This document shows positions 1-10,379 of a stretch of 32,000 nucleotides of DNA, piece by piece (the stretch's first letter is position 1; every line of letters begins with the position of its first letter). The stretch is from positions 215,400 through 247,399 of the forward strand of contig NZ_FUZT01000003.1 of NCBI RefSeq assembly GCF_900167445.1, written 5' to 3'. A program made the position numbers and the translations under genes. Source of the DNA: Maledivibacter halophilus (lineage in GTDB: Bacteria; Bacillota; Clostridia; Peptostreptococcales; Caminicellaceae). The notes below the pieces were generated by a model. That model did no database searches, was not told the DNA's origin, and saw only the letters and a program-made list of their open reading frames with translations.

Positions 1-886
<886 letters not shown>

Positions 887-903
887 CTACTCACCCCTAT
901 CAC

Positions 904-1446
904 TTACACTATGATTTGAGATAGACTTTCCTTCATTTCTTCAAGTCTACTCTTTATTGTTCCATCAATGACCTTGTCACCTATCTTAATTAAAATTCCG
1001 CCTACAACACTTTCTTCTATCTCATTTGAAAGATTAACAGTTTTTCCTGTTAAAGAAGATAGCTTATTTTGAAGTATCATTTTATCTTCTTTCTTTAGAG
1101 GAACAGCCGTTATTGCCACAGCCTTGACTATTCCCTTATGCTTATTAACCATATCTTCATATGACCATTTTATTTGCTCAATAAAATGGCCTCTTCTTTT
1201 ATCAATTATTATTTTTAGAAAATTATTCATTTCCTTGCTCAATTTATCACCAAAAACTTTTTCTATTACTTCTTTCTTTTCATCTACTTTAACCAATGGA
1301 GTTTTAAATAACTCATAAAAATCTTCATGGATTTCAAATGTTTCCAATACAAAGCTAAGCTCATCTAAAAACAAATCCATCTTGTTTTCTTCTAATGCCA
1401 CTTCAAATAAAGCCTCTGAATATGTTTTGGATACTAATTTTGCCAT
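904..1446 (-). CDS. atpH: F1Fo ATP synthase delta (OSCP) subunit
   Basis: 180 aa with an OSCP-like sequence (KTYSEALFEVA...VVGGILIKIGDKVIDGTIKSRL). Sits between atpF and atpA. AGGGGA SD upstream. Overlaps the atpF stop by 13 nt. Confidence 0.9.
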   Translation of the reverse strand: MAKLVSKTYSEALFEVALEENKMDLFLDELSFVLETFEIHEDFYELFKTPLVKVDEKKEVIEKVFGDKLSKEMNNFLKIIIDKRRGHFIEQIKWSYEDMVNKHKGIVKAVAITAVPLKKEDKMILQNKLSSLTGKTVNLSNEIEESVVGGILIKIGDKVIDGTIKSRLEEMKESLSQIIV

Positions 1447-1949
1447 CTTGTTTCCCCTACCTCATCTATAAACTTTCTTACAAGGTTATTATGCTTTTTC
1501 TCATTTAAGTCCTCTTCAATGACTTTAGAAGCAGCTAGCATGGCAATAGAAGCTATTTCATCCTTAAGTGAATTTATAGCCTTTTCTCTTTCTCTCTCTA
1601 TTTCTAGATTAGCTCTTTCCTTTATTTCCTTTGCTTCTTTTTCAGCTGCCTTTACGATTTCACTGGCCCTTTCTTCAGCCCTTTTAGCAGCATCCCTTAC
1701 TATCTGTCTTCCTTCTTCCTGGGAAGCTTCAATTTTACTAATATATTCACTCTTATACTTTTCAGCTTCTTCATTTCTTGCTTCAGCCCTTTCTATAGAC
1801 TCAGCAATTTCACTTTTTCTCTTTTCCATAAACTCGGAAACTGGTTTGAATAGAAGCTTTTTGAGGATAAGAAATAGTATAAATGTATTAATTAATTGAA
1901 ACCAAAAAGTCGCACTCGGGTCAACTAATCCAAACTTCAACCCTTCCAT
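1434..1949 (-). CDS. atpF: F1Fo ATP synthase b subunit
   Basis: 171 aa with one N-terminal TM helix followed by a long charged E/K/A-rich helix. AAGGAGGCG SD upstream. Operon position fits. Confidence 0.9.
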   Translation of the reverse strand: MEGLKFGLVDPSATFWFQLINTFILFLILKKLLFKPVSEFMEKRKSEIAESIERAEARNEEAEKYKSEYISKIEASQEEGRQIVRDAAKRAEERASEIVKAAEKEAKEIKERANLEIEREREKAINSLKDEIASIAMLAASKVIEEDLNEKKHNNLVRKFIDEVGETRWQN

Positions 1950-2039
1950 TTAGACGCCTCCTTTACAAACCGAATTATATTAACAGCAAAATTTATTATA
2001 ATTTAAATTCAGCTATTTAAAATCGGAGATTTTCAAAAC

Positions 2040-2061
2040 TGGAGATGGTTTTCCATCTCCA
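2040..2061 (-). terminator. Intra-operon stem-loop just after the c-subunit gene (partial terminator or mRNA-stabilising hairpin)
   Basis: TGGAGATGG-tttt-CCATCTCCA, a 9-bp perfect stem with a 4-nt loop. On the minus strand it is followed by GTTTTGAAAAT, a short interrupted U-run. Confidence 0.35.
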
Positions 2062-2077
2062 TTTAATCTAAAAATTT

Positions 2078-2347
<270 letters not shown>

Positions 2348-2429
2348 TCACTCTTAAAATTCGTTTTCAAATTTGTGGGAAATATTTTTTGATTTGTACA
2401 CAAGTATCTAATTTGCAATAATATTAAAC

Positions 2430-2996
<567 letters not shown>

Positions 2997-3093
2997 CTAA
3001 TTTGAGGAAATCTCATAGCTTTTAATTTAGCTATAAAATAAAGCACTCAAACCTTTGAAATAATACTCAAACCTCTTTGTTATAAATAAAACT

Positions 3094-3792
3094 TTAATCC
3101 ATAGCCATTGATATAAATACCATGGTAAGCATAGCAAAAATGAAAGATTGGAGTAATCCTGCAAATAAATCAAAATAAATATGAAGCACTGCAGGGATCC
3201 CTGCTTGCAGTATTGGTATTCCAATACCCAATGCACCACTCAAAAATCCTAATGCATTGTATAAAAGAGCCATAATAATTACTCCACCTACAATATTACC
3301 AAATAGACGAAAGGCTAAGGATACTGGGTTAGCAAGTTCTCCTATAATATTAATTGGTAATAAAATAGGTATAGGTTCCAAAAAGCCTTTGAAATAACCT
3401 TTAATTCCATTGGATTTAAGACCATTATACTGAACCATACAAAATGTAATTATAGAAAGGGCAAATGTAGTATTAACATCTGCTGTCGGTGGTCTAAGAC
3501 CAAACAAACCAGAAATATTTGCTATTCCTATAAAAATTAAGAGAGTTCCTACATAGGGTGCAAAACCCATTTTGTCTTCACCCATAGTTTGTTTTGTTAG
3601 ATTATAGATAGATTCTACCAAAACCTCAACTACATTTTGCAACTTACCTGGAACCTTATCAAATTTTTTAGTAGCAAAATATGCAAAAAGACCAAGAACT
3701 AAGATAATAAACCATGTGACAGTTACAGTTTGACTAACTGCTATACCACCTGGCAATTCTATAACTTTATAAGGTCCAAAGCCGCCATTCAT
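3094..3792 (-). CDS. atpB: F1Fo ATP synthase a subunit
   Basis: 232 aa polytopic membrane protein with the conserved a-subunit C-terminal region (LAFRLFGNIVGG, carrying the essential Arg). ATGA overlap with the atpI stop. Confidence 0.95.
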   Translation of the reverse strand: MNGGFGPYKVIELPGGIAVSQTVTVTWFIILVLGLFAYFATKKFDKVPGKLQNVVEVLVESIYNLTKQTMGEDKMGFAPYVGTLLIFIGIANISGLFGLRPPTADVNTTFALSIITFCMVQYNGLKSNGIKGYFKGFLEPIPILLPINIIGELANPVSLAFRLFGNIVGGVIIMALLYNALGFLSGALGIGIPILQAGIPAVLHIYFDLFAGLLQSFIFAMLTMVFISMAMD

Positions 3793-4199
3793 TGGTTGTC
3801 CTCCCTTCTCTTAAAAATTCTTTTGTAATATTCCTTACTGTCAAACAAATGTGTTGAAAATACTGCTATTTTCACTAAAAGCAAACCAATAATTGTGGCA
3901 AATCCATTTAAATGATCTGCCCTTAGAGAAACTACTATAACAATTCCAGTGGTAATGTATCTTAACATATACCTAGAGGAAGTATAGCCCTGAGCTCTTC
4001 CTGGATTCATTGTAACTGCTTTCTCAATAGTTTTTCCCAAGTGAATAAAATTTAGTATTCCTATTAGTCCACCAAAAATATACCCTAGTATATGGGGCTT
4101 TGGGTTTTCAGATGCAAAGAAAGCTATTACAATTAAACCACAAAGTAAAACTAAAACTCTTTTAATAATCTTAACTTGTAATTCATAGGTTTTATTCAA
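3789..4199 (-). CDS. atpI: ATP synthase protein I (AtpI)
   Basis: 136 aa small hydrophobic protein with four predicted TM segments, immediately upstream of atpB as in most atp operons. Confidence 0.75.
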   Translation of the reverse strand: MNKTYELQVKIIKRVLVLLCGLIVIAFFASENPKPHILGYIFGGLIGILNFIHLGKTIEKAVTMNPGRAQGYTSSRYMLRYITTGIVIVVSLRADHLNGFATIIGLLLVKIAVFSTHLFDSKEYYKRIFKRREDNQ

Positions 4200-4206
4200 T
4201 TATGTA

Positions 4207-4431
4207 TCACTTCCTTTTGTTTAATATCTTCATCATAATTTTGTAAAGATTTAAAAATGAAGAAGCAACTCCTAAACCTATAAATATAAATAGGAAAATA
4301 TTACCTGTACCAAACTTATTATCTATATAATTACCAAGTAAAACACATATTACTATAGGTAGAGCCATCATTAAACCAATTTGAGTTAAAAATATTAGAT
4401 TCTCATACATTGTATATTTATTTTTACTCAT
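4207..4431 (-). CDS. atpZ: AtpZ/AtpR-like small membrane protein (putative F0F1 ATPase-associated subunit)
   Basis: 74 aa with two TM helices and a basic C-terminus. First gene of the atp cluster. Resembles the 'ATPase gene 1' family. The start codon is uncertain because the SD spacing is long. Confidence 0.6.
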   Translation of the reverse strand: MSKNKYTMYENLIFLTQIGLMMALPIVICVLLGNYIDNKFGTGNIFLFIFIGLGVASSFLNLYKIMMKILNKRK

Positions 4432-4861
4432 CTATTTTTTATCTCCCAAGTATAAAAGTATTGAACTGAAATAATTGCATAATATATATGTAGTGCTTTA
4501 GAAATATTAAAGCCATGTAGTGAAAGAATTTAACAATATTCTTCAAAAAATATAAAATATATAATTTATAATTATTATATATTATTAATATATAATTATA
4601 ACATTAATATTACCACATATAAAATTTTATAATACAAAGAATATTTAGACAAGTATAATAATTTTTTTATATAATCATTATATGATCATCAGATGTTTGT
4701 TAAATTTTCATCAAACCTCGATTAAAATATAATCATGGTTTGCATACTATAATACTATTCGACAATCTTTTTTAATTTCCTTCTTATCTTTTATTATAAA
4801 TTTAATATTTTATAGATGAAGGCTTTTAAAATCCACCTTCGTTCTTATAGTTTTATATACT

Positions 4862-5024
4862 TTAGGAATTTACATACCTCAAATTTGATAAAATTACATA
4901 TGCGAATATTATCCTTAATTTGACTATTTAGAATAGAATATATTTTCATGATATGGCTTTAAGGATTTTAAACAATATATAGTAGTTAGATTTTTAAGGC
5001 AATTATGGGATTTACTAAAATAAT
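4862..5024 (+). repeat. Dispersed intergenic repeat, copy A (partner at 27575-27705)
   Basis: 4862-4930 aligns with 27575-27643 at 57/69 identical positions by hand alignment. A second block, 4991-5024 (tttttaaggcaattatgggatttactaaaataat), resembles 27662-27705. Copy A carries ~40 extra nt between the blocks. Confidence 0.6.
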
Positions 5025-5179
5025 TATAAAAATATGTATTTTTTATGAATTTATGTAAATACTATATATACGGATTTTAAGTAAAAACTTTAATTTATAC
5101 AAATCAAAAACTCTCAAAATCGCAATGTATTTACACATGTATAAATTAAGTTTTTCTTGTAAATCCTATAGAGATTCAA

Positions 5180-5256
5180 GAAAAGAGAGAAGGTTCAATT
5201 ATGTTTTTGGTCCCCCTTTACATAATTTTGAATAAACCTCTCTTTTCTTTTTTACA
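5180..5256. terminator. Hairpin terminator downstream of wecB, with a stronger T-run on the + strand
   Basis: GAAAAGAGAG(aag)GTT ... AACCTCTCTTTTC, giving 10 bp, a 3-nt bulge and 3 bp with a ~39-nt loop. The + strand continues with TTTTTTAC. The minus strand continues with TTGAATC. Confidence 0.5.
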
Positions 5257-5275
5257 AATACATTCGAACCGTTAA

Positions 5276-6430
5276 CTACTTATCTTTAAAATACTCCTTT
5301 ATAGCCTTTACTATTCTCTCACTTGCTTTTCCGTCTCCATATGGATTAACGGCACTGGCCATTTTTTTATATTCTTCTTTATTATTTAGTAGTTTATCTG
5401 TCGTATTAAATATTTCTTCCTTCTCTACACCTACTATATTCACCGTTCCTGCCTCAACTGCTTCAGGTCTTTCTGTCTCTGTTCTTAGAACTAATACCGG
5501 TTTGCCAAGGGCAGGAGCCTCTTCTTGAATTCCTCCTGAATCCGTCAAAATTACATATGCTCTATTCATTAAATTTGCAAAAGGCTCATAGTCTAGGGGG
5601 TCTATTAAGTGAACTCTAGGTGTATTTTCCAATATGCTAAATGCTATTTCTCTAACCTTGGGATTGAGATGGATAGGAAATACCACCTCAGCATCTTCAT
5701 TTTTCATTACTATTTCCTTTATTGCTGAAAAAATATTTTCCATAGGTTTTCCAAGATTCTCTCTTCTATGGGAAGTAAGAAGTATAACTTTTTTATTTTT
5801 ATAATCTATATTATTAAGAATATCTAATTCAAATTTATACTCTTCATTGACAATCCCAAGCAAAGCATCAATTACTGTATTACCAGTTACTATTATATCA
5901 TTTTTTTCTATATCTTCTCTAAGAAGATTTTTTTTATTTCCGTTTGTCGGGGCAAAATGAAGATTGGCAAGCCTTCCAGTAAGACTTCTATTCATTTCCT
6001 CAGGATAGGGAGAATACATATTTCCACTTCTAAGTCCAGCTTCAACATGACCTATATTTATCTGATTATAAAATCCAGCCAAAGCACCTACAAATGTAGT
6101 TGTAGTATCTCCATGGACTAATATCATATGGGGGTTTACTTCTTTAATTACTTTCTCTAACCCCATAAGAGCCCTACATGTTATTTCACTTAAGGTTTGT
6201 CCAGATTTCATTATATTCAAATCATACTGTGGGGAAATATTAAAAAGCTTCAAAACCTGATCAAGCATTTCTCTATGTTGGGCAGTAACACACACAATAG
6301 ATTCTATACCATCAGTTTCTTCTAATCTTTTTACTACTGGAGCCATCTTTATTGCCTCAGGTCGTGTACCAAATATAGACATAATTCTTAAGGGATTAAA
6401 AACTGTTCCTTTTTTATTCAAATTATTCAT
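5276..6430 (-). CDS. wecB: UDP-N-acetylglucosamine 2-epimerase (non-hydrolysing)
   Basis: 384 aa. FGTRPEAIKMAPV N-terminal motif, HVEAGLRS, and a TDSGGIQEEAPALGKPVLVLR C-terminal motif. The start is ambiguous: ATG at 6430 has GAAAGG directly abutting it, while TTG at 6421 has better SD spacing. Confidence 0.93.
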   Translation of the reverse strand: MNNLNKKGTVFNPLRIMSIFGTRPEAIKMAPVVKRLEETDGIESIVCVTAQHREMLDQVLKLFNISPQYDLNIMKSGQTLSEITCRALMGLEKVIKEVNPHMILVHGDTTTTFVGALAGFYNQINIGHVEAGLRSGNMYSPYPEEMNRSLTGRLANLHFAPTNGNKKNLLREDIEKNDIIVTGNTVIDALLGIVNEEYKFELDILNNIDYKNKKVILLTSHRRENLGKPMENIFSAIKEIVMKNEDAEVVFPIHLNPKVREIAFSILENTPRVHLIDPLDYEPFANLMNRAYVILTDSGGIQEEAPALGKPVLVLRTETERPEAVEAGTVNIVGVEKEEIFNTTDKLLNNKEEYKKMASAVNPYGDGKASERIVKAIKEYFKDK

Positions 6431-6521
6431 CCTTTCAAAATTGAACTATATAGGGTTTATATAGTAAAACAATATTAAATTTAAAAGCCAGCTTTCTTTA
6501 TAGAGGCCAAGCATTAATTAA

Positions 6522-6543
6522 AAAGCCAGGGAATCCTGGCTTT
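6522..6543 (-). terminator. Rho-independent terminator downstream of tagO
   Basis: AGCCAGG-gaat-CCTGGCT, extendable by 2 A:T pairs. On the minus strand it is followed by TTTTAATTAAT. Confidence 0.6.
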
Positions 6544-6755
6544 CTATTAAAAGTCATATAAAACTTAATAAAGGAAGAAGCCTCTGAGGTTTCCTTTTGA
6601 GCGATTTTTATAAACCTGTTTATCCTTTTTGATTATTCCATCTAAAACAGGTTTATTACATGAGCCAAAAGGATTCTCAGTGGCTGCGACCAATAAATTA
6701 AATTTTACAAGCGTACATTTATATAGGTTAAGGTTAACTTATGTATATTAAAATA

Positions 6756-7847
6756 TTAGTGTCGTTTGTCTGCATTTGAAGCCTTATGCTTTTCAACCCA
6801 TGTTTGATTTATAGGAATTGCCACAATAGCCACAGTTATGACTAACATTATAGCACTGTTTACATATTCCTGCTCTAGTAAAAATGCTCCACTAAAGCCC
6901 AAGAAGGAGCTTATTGTATATAGGATTAAAACCGCTCTTTTTTGACCCATTCCTATGGAAAGTAATCTATGATGTAAATGACCCTTATCAGCTTGCATAA
7001 TAGGTTTCCCATTGAAAGCCCTTCTTAAAATTGCAAATGTAGTATCAAAAATAGGAAGCCCTAATGCAAATATAGGTATAATCATAGCTATAGCGGTAGG
7101 TCCCTTTATAAATCCATTTATAGATATGGCAGCTAGAATATATCCTAAAAATAAAGAACCTGTATCTCCCATAAAAATCTTTGCTGGATTAAAATTATAG
7201 GGTAAAAAGCCTATACAGCTCCCAGCTAAAGCTAATGTCAACATTAAAGTATCCTGGCTATTAGATAATTCTGGTTTGGCATACGCAACATAGGCTAAAG
7301 TTAGTGCTGCTATAGCTGATATTCCTGCTGCTAGCCCATCTAATCCATCAATCAAATTAACAGTATTTGTAATACCCACAACCCAGAATATTGTCAGAGG
7401 TATACTTAAAATACTAAGCTTAATTGTTTCTTGACTTAAAAATCCAATAGTATCGGATTTAAAGAAATTAGTTATGTACTCTATTTTAATTCCAAACTTA
7501 ATAAGTATAATAGCTGCAGCTATTTGCACTAATAATTTCACTTTAGCCGGCAATGGCCTTATATCATCAACAAAACCCATTGCTGCTATAATAAGAGCTC
7601 CTAAAACCATACCAAATATTTCTCTATTGATTTCTAATAAGTTAATTTTAAATAGAATCAATATACTTACTATAAAGCCTAAAAAAATGGCTAGGCCACC
7701 TAGTCTTGGAATTGGAGTTTTGTGTACTCTTCTATCATCCTTTGGTATATCTATAGCCCCTACCTTGTGGGCCAGTTTCTTTACTATAGGAGTTGATAAA
7801 AAGCTTACTAAAGCTGCAATAGCCCCAGGCAAAATAAATCTGGTCAT
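6756..7847 (-). CDS. tagO: Undecaprenyl-phosphate N-acetylglucosamine-1-phosphate transferase (glycosyltransferase family 4, TagO/WecA type)
   Basis: 363 aa polytopic membrane protein. Has the MraY/WecA-family motifs (FVDDI, NLIDGLDGLA, FMGDTGSLFLG). AAGGAGTG SD upstream. Confidence 0.9.
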   Translation of the reverse strand: MTRFILPGAIAALVSFLSTPIVKKLAHKVGAIDIPKDDRRVHKTPIPRLGGLAIFLGFIVSILILFKINLLEINREIFGMVLGALIIAAMGFVDDIRPLPAKVKLLVQIAAAIILIKFGIKIEYITNFFKSDTIGFLSQETIKLSILSIPLTIFWVVGITNTVNLIDGLDGLAAGISAIAALTLAYVAYAKPELSNSQDTLMLTLALAGSCIGFLPYNFNPAKIFMGDTGSLFLGYILAAISINGFIKGPTAIAMIIPIFALGLPIFDTTFAILRRAFNGKPIMQADKGHLHHRLLSIGMGQKRAVLILYTISSFLGFSGAFLLEQEYVNSAIMLVITVAIVAIPINQTWVEKHKASNADKRH

Positions 7848-7976
7848 AATTCACACTCCTTGATATAACTTTCAGGTCAATTCTTAATAGTCAGGTTTAG
7901 ACAACTTGTCTCACCAAAGATATTTTATAACAAATTCCTTATAATGTAAACGAAATTTCATATTTGTAATATTATT

Positions 7977-8417
7977 TTAATCATATTTTACCAGCTTTAC
8001 TCCGGCTTCTTCAAGGATTTTTAGTGATAACTCATCAGGATACTTCCCTTTGTAATATATGGTTTTTATCCCTGCATTTATTGCCATTTTAGCACATAAA
8101 ACACAGGGTTGAAGGGTTACATATAGTTCCGAATCCTTTATGCTTACGCCATGATAGGCAGCTTGAATTATGGCATTTTGTTCTGCATGGGTTCCTCTAC
8201 AAAGCTCTGCTCTTTCTCCTGAGGGTATATTCATTTTCTCCCTGTAACATCCAATATCTATGCAATGGGGTGTATTAGCCGGTGCGCCATTATATCCCGT
8301 AGCAAGTATTCTTTTATCCTTAACTATAACAGCACCTACTTTTCGTCTAAGGCAAGTAGATCTGCTTTTTACAACCTCAGCCATTTCCATAAAATAGTCA
8401 TTCCAATTTGGGCGCAT
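7977..8417 (-). CDS. comEB: dCMP deaminase (ComEB-type cytidine/deoxycytidylate deaminase)
   Basis: 146 aa. Zinc motifs HAEQNAI and [19 protein letters not shown] upstream. Confidence 0.9.
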   Translation of the reverse strand: MRPNWNDYFMEMAEVVKSRSTCLRRKVGAVIVKDKRILATGYNGAPANTPHCIDIGCYREKMNIPSGERAELCRGTHAEQNAIIQAAYHGVSIKDSELYVTLQPCVLCAKMAINAGIKTIYYKGKYPDELSLKILEEAGVKLVKYD

Positions 8418-8437
8418 GCATCCCCCTCCAATCGATA

Positions 8438-8470
8438 CAAATGCGCCAAAGGACGCATTTGCAGTTTTTT
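8438..8470 (+). terminator. Terminator-shaped hairpin with + strand polarity, inside the comEB 5' leader region
   Basis: CAAATGCG-ccaaagga-CGCATTTG followed by cag-TTTTTT on the + strand. On the minus strand it sits ~9-20 nt upstream of the comEB SD and has no downstream U-run. Confidence 0.3.
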
Positions 8471-8606
8471 AAGATCAATTTTTCCTAAAGAGTCTTAAAA
8501 AACAATGGTATAATCCATAAATAATAATTATATTAATACCTTCTACATTTTATTCACTCTTACTTTAAATTATTTCTAAATAGTACTTGCTGCTTTGTAC
8601 ATTTTT

Positions 8607-9236
8607 CTACTTTGTTCCAAATAGCCTGTCTCCTGCGTCTCCTAAACCTGGAACTATATATGCATGTTCATCTAATTTTTCGTCAACTGCTGCAACATAT
8701 ATATCTATATCAGGGTGGGCCTTATGAACTGCATCTATTCCTTCTGGTGCTGCAATAAGACATACCAATTTAATATTAGTTGCTCCTTTATCCTTAATAA
8801 ATTTTATAGCAGCCTTTGCAGATCCCCCTGTAGCCAGCATTGGGTCAACAATTATAAGTTCTCTTTCATGTACATCTGTAGGCAATTTGCAATAGTATTC
8901 AACTGGATTTAAAGTTTCCGGATCTCTATATAGTCCAACATGTCCTACTTTGGCAGCTGGAAGCAAATTCAAAAATCCATCCACCATTCCAAGCCCTGCT
9001 CTTAATATTGGAACAATAGCTAATTTTCTGCCTGAAATAACCTTGGATTTAGTCTTGCAAACCGGTGTCTCAATTTCAATATCTTCCAAGGGCAAATCCC
9101 TGGTCACCTCATAGGCCATTAGCATTGAGAGTTCCTTAACCAATTCTTTAAATTCCTTTGTTCCAGTATTTTTATCTCTTATTAATGTTAATTTATGCTG
9201 TAGTAATGGATGATCCATAACAAAAACTTTACTCAT
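8607..9236 (-). CDS. upp: Uracil phosphoribosyltransferase
   Basis: 209 aa. PRPP-binding motif [14 protein letters not shown] and C-terminal [17 protein letters not shown]. Confidence 0.97.
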   Translation of the reverse strand: MSKVFVMDHPLLQHKLTLIRDKNTGTKEFKELVKELSMLMAYEVTRDLPLEDIEIETPVCKTKSKVISGRKLAIVPILRAGLGMVDGFLNLLPAAKVGHVGLYRDPETLNPVEYYCKLPTDVHERELIIVDPMLATGGSAKAAIKFIKDKGATNIKLVCLIAAPEGIDAVHKAHPDIDIYVAAVDEKLDEHAYIVPGLGDAGDRLFGTK

Positions 9237-9309
9237 TCTAAGCAGCTCCTTCCAGTTATTAAGTTTTAAATTTAAATAAAGATTATAATTTATAGGATTA
9301 AACCTTATA

Positions 9310-9762
9310 TTATCCCTTGAAATATTTAGTTTCTATATCTGTAATTTTTCCTACTCTTCTTTCATGTCTTCCACCTTCAAATTCCTCTTTTAGCCACACA
9401 TCTACAATTTTCAATGCAAGCCCTTGACCAACAACCCTTTCGCCTAATGCAAGGACATTGGCATTGTTATGGGCCCTTGACATTTCTGCTGAAAATGTAT
9501 CGGATACAACGGCACATCTTATGCCAGTTACCTTATTAGCTGATATAGATATTCCTATTCCTGTACCACAGCATACTATTCCTCTATCATAGTCTCCTGA
9601 TTTCACTGCCTCGGCAACCTTCATACCAAATTCAGGATAGTCTACTGATTCAGTAGAGCTTGTTCCAAAGTCTTTATATTCAATGCCCTTTTCCTCCAAA
9701 TGATTTTTAATAGCTTCTTTTAAATTATAGCCACCATGGTCACTACCTATTGCTATTTTCAA
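9310..9762 (-). CDS. rpiB: Ribose-5-phosphate isomerase B
   Basis: 150 aa in the RpiB/LacA/LacB family ([24 protein letters not shown]). Confidence 0.95.
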   Translation of the reverse strand: MKIAIGSDHGGYNLKEAIKNHLEEKGIEYKDFGTSSTESVDYPEFGMKVAEAVKSGDYDRGIVCCGTGIGISISANKVTGIRCAVVSDTFSAEMSRAHNNANVLALGERVVGQGLALKIVDVWLKEEFEGGRHERRVGKITDIETKYFKG

Positions 9763-9846
9763 TTTCTTTTCCTCCTTGAGTTTTGTTAATAAAAAGACGC
9801 AAACCTTTTATATGTTCTACATATTATAAATATATTCCTTCTTTTT

Positions 9847-10302
9847 TTATTTGTAATATTTGCTAACTATTTTTTTTAAAGCTTTTTCTATTTCATCGGC
9901 ACATGCTTTGTACACATCAATATTTTGTCCATATGGATCAGAAATATCAGCTGTTTCTCCATGGGAAAATTCTTTTAGCGTATATAGTTTTTCCTTTGCA
10001 CTTGGCACAGCCCTTAGAATTTGTCTTTTATGGCTATTTGTCATAGTCAGTATAATATCAGATTCTTCAATCATCTCCTTGGTCAATTGTTTAGAAGCAT
10101 GACTATTTAAATCAATATTTTTTTCCTTTAGAGCTTCAATTGCATTCACTGAAGCTTTTTGCCCTTCAGATGCCCAAATTCCTGCTGACAATACTTTTAT
10201 ATCCTTATCTTCATCCAGCTCTTTAATAAGATCCTTAAAAATAGCCTCGGCCATACTACTTCTACATGTATTTCCAGTACATACAAATAGAACAGTTTTC
10301 AC
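9847..10302 (-). CDS. ywlE: Low-molecular-weight phosphatase, YwlE-like (predicted protein-arginine phosphatase)
   Basis: 151 aa. P-loop CTGNTCRS. GTG start with AAGGAGGG 6 nt upstream. Sits between sua5 and rpiB as in Bacillus subtilis. Confidence 0.85.
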   Translation of the reverse strand: MKTVLFVCTGNTCRSSMAEAIFKDLIKELDEDKDIKVLSAGIWASEGQKASVNAIEALKEKNIDLNSHASKQLTKEMIEESDIILTMTNSHKRQILRAVPSAKEKLYTLKEFSHGETADISDPYGQNIDVYKACADEIEKALKKIVSKYYK

Positions 10303-10379
10303 CTATATCCCTCCTTAGTTACTTTATGGTCATATCTTTATTGTCAGTAGATAGTACGAATATTTTACATTTTGAGCCA

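Noticed and set aside
1519-1899. Long + strand ORFs antisense to well-supported genes. Examples: 1519-1899, 7474-7863, 10372-10719, 10852-11205, 11844-12365, 15888-16562, 20773-21315, 25855-26433, 29996-30511, 30542-30964 and 31631-31999.
   Set aside because: Each lies fully inside a minus-strand gene with strong family-level identity. Their translations are low-complexity S/L/I/F/P-rich strings typical of the antisense frame. None has a convincing SD plus start context.
3027-3239. 70-aa minus-strand ORF overlapping the 3' end of atpB.
   Set aside because: It is out of frame with and overlaps atpB, which is clearly real. The sequence is Cys/Tyr/Leu-rich and not protein-like, and it has no SD.
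4566-4601. 10-bp inverted repeat TTATAATTAT/ATAATTATAA inside the pure A/T tract.
   Set aside because: Inverted repeats of this length arise easily in two-letter A/T sequence. It is not distinguishable from chance without statistics, so it is mentioned only as part of the AT-tract finding.
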